Positions 58,345 to 64,000 of a stretch of DNA of 64,000 nucleotides are shown here, one piece after another. The DNA comes from Bdellovibrionales bacterium (GTDB lineage: Bacteria; Bdellovibrionota; Bdellovibrionia; Bdellovibrionales; JAGQZY01): positions 128,001-192,000 of the forward strand of contig JANPLN010000015.1 of assembly GCA_031426555.1 (NCBI GenBank). Direction: 5' to 3'. The translations under genes were made by a program, and so were the position numbers. How positions within the stretch are numbered: the stretch's first letter is position 1; each line of letters opens with the position of its first letter. The notes below the pieces were generated by a model. It worked only from the letters and a program-made list of their open reading frames with translations, ran no database searches and was not told the origin of the DNA.

Positions 58345-59619
58345 AAGACGTGTCTGTCGTTTTCGATCAAGTCTGTCGGTGTAGTCCCGAAAAGCAGGAA
58401 TGAGGTGCGACCAGTCTCTGCCTTGCATATGTTGCAAATGATCTTTTATATGATTCTGAATATTGTTGAGAGTCGCTTGGGGCCATTTTTTTTCGGAAAG
58501 TATCTTTTCCTGATAAGCGAGAATTTCCGACTCTGCCTGATTTTTTAAATTTTGCGTAAGGACCTGCGTATTTAAAAACGCCGGCGCGGTGACTCTGTGG
58601 GAGTGGAACCGAACACCCCTGTTGGTAAAGTAGTCGATGATTTTTGGGAGCTGGAATACATTGTAGACCTGAATCGTGCAGGCCACAGCAATTTCTTCGA
58701 ACACGATATCGCTTCGCGATTGGACCTCATCGAGGTGCCTCTCAATGGTGGAAAACTGCGCACCCGTGCGAATATAATTATAAACATCGTGAATTCCATC
58801 AATGCTCGCGTAAATCGACACCGATTTAAATTTCTTCCAATAGTCAAAAACCGAGACACCTTTAAAATTTAATGTCGTTAAATTTGTACTGTACTTTAAA
58901 CGAATGTGCGGAGCGCGTTCCGAAAGCAGGTCTAAAATGCGGTAATGAAGTGGATCCATCAACGGTTCTCCACCAGCAAATTCAATGAGATCCAAAGATT
59001 CAGCCATTTTAGCAAAATCAATCCACCATTGCTCTTGATCCTGAAAACCAGAAATGAGCGGTTTTTTGGTTACATTTTGTTTTTCGGCCGATGAATAAGC
59101 CCACTGATTATACTTTTTCATAAGATCAGAAACTTCGTTCCACTCTGAGGCCCAGGAGCTTGAGTCCACGGGGTGGCACATTCGACACTTAAGGTTACAC
59201 AAGTTACTCAGCTTGAGTTCGATGGTCTTAGGCAAGTAGGGAACATGTCCAGAGGGATCTACCTGTTTTAACAACTGCGAATAATTGGACCATCGACTTC
59301 CCGGAAACGTGCGCAAAGCGCGCTGTCGCATGGAGCGTGTGCCCATGCTTTCCAGAGTCCAGCAGTCTTGGCACGCCTCGGGCTTTTCTCCGTTCAGAAG
59401 CTGTTTTCTAATCTCTTTGTACTGCGGGCTGTTCCATAACTCCACAGCCGAAGAGTCTCGTACATTGGATATGGGTTCGCTGCGGCAGCAAAGTTTAAAG
59501 GTGCCCTCTGTTTTGGTCGCAAGGTGGGTGAAGGGATAAATGCAAAAGGTGGCGCTTTTTTCGGCGTCCTTCAAAACCGAATTCACTTCTGTAGCAGTGG
59601 CGTCTGGTGTTTGCAGCAT
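58306..59619 (-). CDS. N-terminal twitch-domain radical SAM protein #5
   Basis: FCIYPFTH..G..KLCC, CQDCWTLE..G..SMR, CNLKCRMC, GGEP, SIDG. Confidence 0.9.
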   Translation of the reverse strand: MLQTPDATATEVNSVLKDAEKSATFCIYPFTHLATKTEGTFKLCCRSEPISNVRDSSAVELWNSPQYKEIRKQLLNGEKPEACQDCWTLESMGTRSMRQRALRTFPGSRWSNYSQLLKQVDPSGHVPYLPKTIELKLSNLCNLKCRMCHPVDSSSWASEWNEVSDLMKKYNQWAYSSAEKQNVTKKPLISGFQDQEQWWIDFAKMAESLDLIEFAGGEPLMDPLHYRILDLLSERAPHIRLKYSTNLTTLNFKGVSVFDYWKKFKSVSIYASIDGIHDVYNYIRTGAQFSTIERHLDEVQSRSDIVFEEIAVACTIQVYNVFQLPKIIDYFTNRGVRFHSHRVTAPAFLNTQVLTQNLKNQAESEILAYQEKILSEKKWPQATLNNIQNHIKDHLQHMQGRDWSHLIPAFRDYTDRLDRKRQTRLLDAAPELGELFI

Positions 59620-59719
59620 CCCCAAAAAGTCTCAGCTTTCCGAAGCCCTGACAAGGAGTTTGCTCGACATCTTCTTTTTAGATGCATGGAGCCAGCTCAC
59701 GATATAAAACGGAAGAGGT

Positions 59720-60745
59720 ATGAAAAAGCAATTAATGCGAGCTTTTTTGCTCGTGGCATCACTGGTCTTAGCAATTGCTTTGCTTGAAAGCTATTTCAGA
59801 ATTTTTGGCAGAGACAGGTTTGATATCACAATGCACCTAAAGCGTTCTTCACAGCCCGAAGACTTGCGGGTGCAACTCGAAAAAAATACTCACCATAAAT
59901 TTGATTTCCTCCATGAGGGCAAATTTGTTTATCGACAAGAGATCGAGACGGATGAGTGGGGGCGACGAAAATCCTACGGACCTAGGAATTCAAAATCCCT
60001 TGTTCTATTTTTTGGTTGCTCCTATACATTCGGGTCAGGCCTTCAGCAGCACGAAACCTTGCCCTATCAATTTAGCAAAACGACGCAAATTGATTCTCTG
60101 AATTACGCCTTGCCGGCCTACGGCCCCCATGGACTGCTTCGCCAGGTGGAGGTTTTACCCCTGGGTGAGCAAATTCCTTCGACCTACTCGTCGGTCTCTG
60201 CGGCCTATGTATTTTATGGCTTCCAATGGCGTCGAGCCACTGGTGGAATTGGATGGGTTGCAAAAATGGGAGGGAACCATCCCTTCTATAAATTGGATCC
60301 GACGACCAATGCGATCTCCTATCAAGGCCGTTTTGCCGAAGCGCAACCAGTTAAGATGTGGTTTATAAACCTGTTTAATAAGCTTCATTTGCTGCATTAC
60401 CTTCCTCAGATATGGGGTAACGATCGCGTAACCAAAGACGATCAACTTCTTTTTTGCGGTATGGTGAACAAAACCCAGGAACTTTTGCAAGAAAAGATTG
60501 GCCGCGAATTTAAAGGATTAAAAATAATACATCCCTCTTTTGATCACGAAAAAATGTGGAGTGAATTTCTTTCGGGCGCCAAGGAATGTTTTTCTCCGCA
60601 GGTCGAGCTCATCGAAATTAAAATGCCTGGGAGCAGAGAGCAATGGGCCATCGATAGTGTATTGGAGGATCATCCCAATAGTGATTTTAATAAGCTGTTG
60701 AGCGATCTTCTTGCGCAGCGATGGCAGGGACAATTAGAAAAATAA
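59720..60745 (+). CDS. Membrane-anchored SGNH-hydrolase-like protein
   Basis: N-terminal TM ending LLESYFR; FFGCSYTFG, NYALPAYG, C-terminal DHPN. Confidence 0.65.
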   Translation: MKKQLMRAFLLVASLVLAIALLESYFRIFGRDRFDITMHLKRSSQPEDLRVQLEKNTHHKFDFLHEGKFVYRQEIETDEWGRRKSYGPRNSKSLVLFFGCSYTFGSGLQQHETLPYQFSKTTQIDSLNYALPAYGPHGLLRQVEVLPLGEQIPSTYSSVSAAYVFYGFQWRRATGGIGWVAKMGGNHPFYKLDPTTNAISYQGRFAEAQPVKMWFINLFNKLHLLHYLPQIWGNDRVTKDDQLLFCGMVNKTQELLQEKIGREFKGLKIIHPSFDHEKMWSEFLSGAKECFSPQVELIEIKMPGSREQWAIDSVLEDHPNSDFNKLLSDLLAQRWQGQLEK

Positions 60746-61478
60746 AAGTAATCAATTGCAGCTGCATTTGAAAGTCGACCCCCAAAATAAAGGCTGTCCC
60801 CAGATGAAAAAAGATTAGCAGCCACCCCCAAAAGAAATCGAACTTTGGCATAAATAAAATACCAACCGTAGAAAGCTGAAGACCGATGAGCGCCAGCCAA
60901 AGAAGTCCCGACAGGTAATAGTGATTTTGCAGAAATATCATGAGGTCGATATTGGCCATGACACCCTCACAATAGGTGCGAGCGATATGACTGGGCAGCG
61001 TGGAGGAAACATCTTGAAACCAGTGGTCGGCATGATTTAAAAAAAGTCCTCTTAATTTCCACATGCCAGAGCTACAATAAATACTCAAACAGAACGCTCG
61101 CAAACATAAAAAAATCTGGGCAGAGTTCAAAACTGATAAGGGTATTATCAAAATAAAATGCGCTGCTAGCCAGCCGAAGTGATCGTGGCTAAAGTCGCCA
61201 AATGAATACGTCGAGTAGATCAAAAGCAACCAGGCAGAGGCAGTCATTGTACGAAAAACGAGAAGTCTTGGTACGAAGGCGGTGATGAGCTGTAGACCGA
61301 GCGCCAGAAAATAAAAAACTTTTAAAGAAGGGGGTTCAGCAATAGTCATTTGGGCTTTTTCGTAAATTTGCGACCGCAAAGTCAGCAAAACTAAAAACCC
61401 CAAGGTGTAGAATATGGATAAACACCGTTCGTGCAAACTCGTTGTTTTAAAATCTAAAAATTTCGTCAACATTTTCAT
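60687..61478 (-). CDS. HTTM-like integral membrane protein (copy 2)
   Basis: GDFSHDH, IYCSSGMWKL, FFHLGTAFILGVDF; multiple TMs. Confidence 0.65.
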   Translation of the reverse strand: MKMLTKFLDFKTTSLHERCLSIFYTLGFLVLLTLRSQIYEKAQMTIAEPPSLKVFYFLALGLQLITAFVPRLLVFRTMTASAWLLLIYSTYSFGDFSHDHFGWLAAHFILIIPLSVLNSAQIFLCLRAFCLSIYCSSGMWKLRGLFLNHADHWFQDVSSTLPSHIARTYCEGVMANIDLMIFLQNHYYLSGLLWLALIGLQLSTVGILFMPKFDFFWGWLLIFFHLGTAFILGVDFQMQLQLITFIFLIVPAIAAQEDRSTAY

Positions 61479-61872
61479 ATTTCTCTTTTGGATTTAAAAG
61501 AATATATCCTGCAAGTGGTAATTTTATTTTGTAGATTCGTAAAGGCGTTAGACCCTGACTCTTTAGATGCGAAAATAAAAAATCTTTCTCGGTGATAGGC
61601 TCCCCTTGTGCAACTTGCGAGGCCAATCTTTGCAAGTTATACCAAGTCTCAGATTTTTTTAAGGAGGAAGAGCTGTAGAGTTCCAGGCCGCGGGTCCCCT
61701 GGACTTCCAAATCATAAAAATTCCAATGAACGGAACTTTTGGAAAACAACGACCAATCAAAAAAGGGCCCCCATTCAGACGTATTTTTCCAGGGCAGTAC
61801 TACTTGCGCCATGAAAACAAAACTAACAAAAGTTAAGGCGGGAGAAATTTGGCGAAGGTTCCAGTTTTTCAT
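61447..61872 (-). CDS. Membrane-anchored partner of the HTTM-like protein (copy 2)
   Basis: N-terminal TM followed by GPFFDWSLF; ATGA-coupled to the upstream gene. Confidence 0.6.
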   Translation of the reverse strand: MKNWNLRQISPALTFVSFVFMAQVVLPWKNTSEWGPFFDWSLFSKSSVHWNFYDLEVQGTRGLELYSSSSLKKSETWYNLQRLASQVAQGEPITEKDFLFSHLKSQGLTPLRIYKIKLPLAGYILLNPKEKYENVDEIFRF

Positions 61873-63116
61873 TTCCGATTTACTTTCTCTGCGGTTCTCT
61901 GAGCGAGATGCTCCCACAATACGGTGTGGCCTTTGTCGTTGAGATGACAACAATCATCTGTAAAAACCGATTCGGCTGTGTTTTTAAAAATCGACGCAAG
62001 GTTAATGACTGGTAAACCAGCTTGTTGAAGCTCCCGCGCTTTTTTATGCAATAACAGGTAGTTGGTTTTTCGTTCATTGAGTTCATTGGTATCCGTCTTG
62101 GCTAAAAAACCCAATTCTTCTGCCGTCAGTATTTTTTCGACCAGATAGGGTGCTGGCTGGAGCGCATAAATGGATGTGACGTTCAACGACCGAGCCATGG
62201 TTTCTTGTTGCCGTATAAACTTAGACCAAAGCTGTAGGTTCGTCTTTTTGAGTTGCGATGAATGAGCTGACTTCCATAGACCGTCCCTGGGTTTATTGAT
62301 TTCTTGCAAGGTCAAAAAAATTCTTTGCCAGCGTTTTAAAATTTGCGTTTTAAGGATGGTGCTCACAACAGAAAACCCTGCGCCATAGTTTTGTAGCGCT
62401 TTCTGTTTTTGGGAAATTTCCAAATAATCGCTAAAAAGATGCAGCTGTTTCCTTTTTGTCTCGTAGTGATCGTTGGAAAAATAGAGTCCTGAAACCAAGG
62501 ATGTTGGAAAATAAGGCGGATAAATGGAAGAAGCCCGGGGATGCGCTTCATTGACGCCTTCGATATTGATTGAAACGTCGAGCTTGTCTAAAAAAAACGA
62601 CGCGATGACAAACTGCTGAGGTTGTCTGTAGCCAGAATAGGCGAAGTTGAGGATCTTGATTTTTTTAGAACGTTTGAGCAGTCGATTGAGGTTGTTTTTA
62701 AAAACGTTATTTTTTTCCTCAAAGTAGTGCGCTTGCGTTGCCACTGATCCGCCAAAAATTCCCACGTAAAGGGTGTCGGGTTGTTTTTCAAGATTCCAAA
62801 GTTCGGGTCTTTCCACAAAGCCGTAAACGAGGGTTTCTAAAGATTGGTTTTCTTGAGTAAGAGGGCGGGAGTAACCAAAAAAAGGATGGGGGTATTTGGG
62901 ACTTTGGCGATTGAGGTTTGTAGCGTCTCCCAACTTGTCAAAAAGCTCCTCGGCAGGACTGCCCTCGCTCAGGTCATTGAGAAGCAGCTGTAGCTTTTTG
63001 TCCAGGCGAGGCTCTAAAAAAAACCGACAACCAAGCTCGGCCAAGAACGCGCAAATACATAACGAAAGACAAAATAAAAACATTTTACGACGCAAAGATC
63101 GCACGCTCGGAGCCAT
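61869..63116 (-). CDS. Membrane-anchored SGNH-hydrolase-like protein
   Basis: TM ending LAELGCR; HPFFGY, GIFGGSVA, NFAYSGYRQPQQ, EGVNE, DDCCHLNDKG; start inferred. Confidence 0.65.
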   Translation of the reverse strand: MAPSVRSLRRKMFLFCLSLCICAFLAELGCRFFLEPRLDKKLQLLLNDLSEGSPAEELFDKLGDATNLNRQSPKYPHPFFGYSRPLTQENQSLETLVYGFVERPELWNLEKQPDTLYVGIFGGSVATQAHYFEEKNNVFKNNLNRLLKRSKKIKILNFAYSGYRQPQQFVIASFFLDKLDVSINIEGVNEAHPRASSIYPPYFPTSLVSGLYFSNDHYETKRKQLHLFSDYLEISQKQKALQNYGAGFSVVSTILKTQILKRWQRIFLTLQEINKPRDGLWKSAHSSQLKKTNLQLWSKFIRQQETMARSLNVTSIYALQPAPYLVEKILTAEELGFLAKTDTNELNERKTNYLLLHKKARELQQAGLPVINLASIFKNTAESVFTDDCCHLNDKGHTVLWEHLAQRTAEKVNRK

Positions 63117-63199
63117 ATCGTATCTTACTGAGAAGAAGATGAAGGGAGCAAGATATCTTGACCGTTGCCACCTTGCGCTGATTGGGCTAGGATTCCCCC

Positions 63200-64000
63200 A
63201 TGGCGACTCAACAATCTTCGACTTTTTGTTCCGTGCCTTGGACGCAGCTTGCGACGAACTCGTCAGGTTACTATCGAGTGTGTTGCAATGCGCTGCCCGT
63301 GAAGAATCTTGTTCGCGATGGGCAGGGAAAAGTTTTAACAGTTTACAAAAATACCTTCGAAGAGGCATGGAACGCGCCGACGTACCTCCAAATTCGCAAA
63401 GAGATGCAGTCCTCTGTTCGTCCGGAAATGTGCACTCGCTGTTTTCGTGAGGAGGACGCCGGAGTTGAAAGTGCACGGCAAAGATGGAATCGCCGCTGGC
63501 CCGAGCCGGCGCTTCAGCAGAAAGCAGAAGGGGCAGCTCCTGCAGTTAAGTATGTGGATTTGCGCTTAGGAAATCTGTGTAACTTAAAATGCAGAATGTG
63601 CAATCCCTACTCCAGCAGTAAGTGGGTCGAAGAGTGGAACTCGGTTGCTGGAGTTAAAGGTTTAGTGCCAGACAGCTCGCTGTCTCCCGCAGAAGCGGAG
63701 CGCCTGCAAAAAATGGACTGGCCCGAGGACGAAAAAACCTGGGTCCATTTATTGCCAATTCTCAACACCGTCGAAGAAATATATCTTACCGGTGGCGAGC
63801 CATTTTTATCTTTGAAGCAAATCGATCTTTTGCAAAAACTGGTAGATAGCGGGCGCTCGCGCGAAGTGGTTATTAAATACAATACCAATGTGACGATCTT
63901 CCCAGAAAAAATCGTCGCTCTTTGGGCAAATTTTAAGACGGTTCGACTCAATTTAAGTATCGATGGCGTGGGCGCTACGAACGATTATATTCGTTTTCCT
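63200..64000 (+). CDS. N-terminal twitch-domain radical SAM protein #6 (partial, runs off the window)
   Basis: Manual translation MATQQSSTFCSVPWTQLATNSSGYYRVCC..CTRCFREEDAGVESAR..LGNLCNLKCRMC..GGEP..SIDG; no stop before 64000. Confidence 0.88.
   Translation, partial: MATQQSSTFCSVPWTQLATNSSGYYRVCCNALPVKNLVRDGQGKVLTVYKNTFEEAWNAPTYLQIRKEMQSSVRPEMCTRCFREEDAGVESARQRWNRRWPEPALQQKAEGAAPAVKYVDLRLGNLCNLKCRMCNPYSSSKWVEEWNSVAGVKGLVPDSSLSPAEAERLQKMDWPEDEKTWVHLLPILNTVEEIYLTGGEPFLSLKQIDLLQKLVDSGRSREVVIKYNTNVTIFPEKIVALWANFKTVRLNLSIDGVGATNDYIRFP

Noticed and set aside
62896..63951. ORFs 62896-63450 (+), 63607-63951 (-) and the N-terminal extension of 61869-63476
   Set aside because: They overlap the better-supported radical SAM frame starting at 63200.
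41215..64000. Cluster as a prophage
   Set aside because: No structural, terminase, integrase or replication genes are present in the window.
1..64000. CRISPR arrays, rRNA, IS elements and the many short antisense ORFs in the track
   Set aside because: No repeat-spacer array, rRNA or transposase motifs were seen; the short ORFs are shadows of well-supported genes.

Overview
This 64-kb window is compact bacterial chromosome of moderate GC. The gene style suggests a Bdellovibrionota-like organism, but that is inference. Positions 1-41 kb hold housekeeping genes (gmhA, dps, selO, rmuC, dusB, typA, mtgA-like, hppD, ribD, mscL, an M16 peptidase) and three tRNAs (Ser-GCT, Arg-ACG, Asn-GTT). This part also carries four accessory loci: (i) a two-gene operon for a signal-peptide HAD phosphatase-like protein and a signal-peptide metallophosphoesterase resembling the phage T5 A1 host-DNA-degradation protein; (ii) a photolyase/cryptochrome cluster with a shared GTTTA-N8-TAAAC operator; (iii) divergent sigma54-type promoters in front of exported orphan proteins; (iv) a bioB-bioF-bioDA(fused)-bioE-like biotin operon. 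From about 41.2 kb to beyond the window end lies a >22-kb tailoring-enzyme cluster of unknown product, the most novel element here. It encodes six N-terminal-twitch radical SAM enzymes (the last truncated and absent from the ORF track), an amidinotransferase with an altered catalytic triad, a PLP enzyme, two Asp/Asn-beta-hydroxylase-like oxygenases (one fused to a domain that also occurs free-standing), a KdoO-like oxygenase, an exported nitroreductase, a DMFase-like lipoprotein, two SGNH-like proteins and two copies of an HTTM-like membrane module. No scaffold-building enzyme or precursor peptide is visible. All family assignments come from motif recognition by eye; no searches were run.
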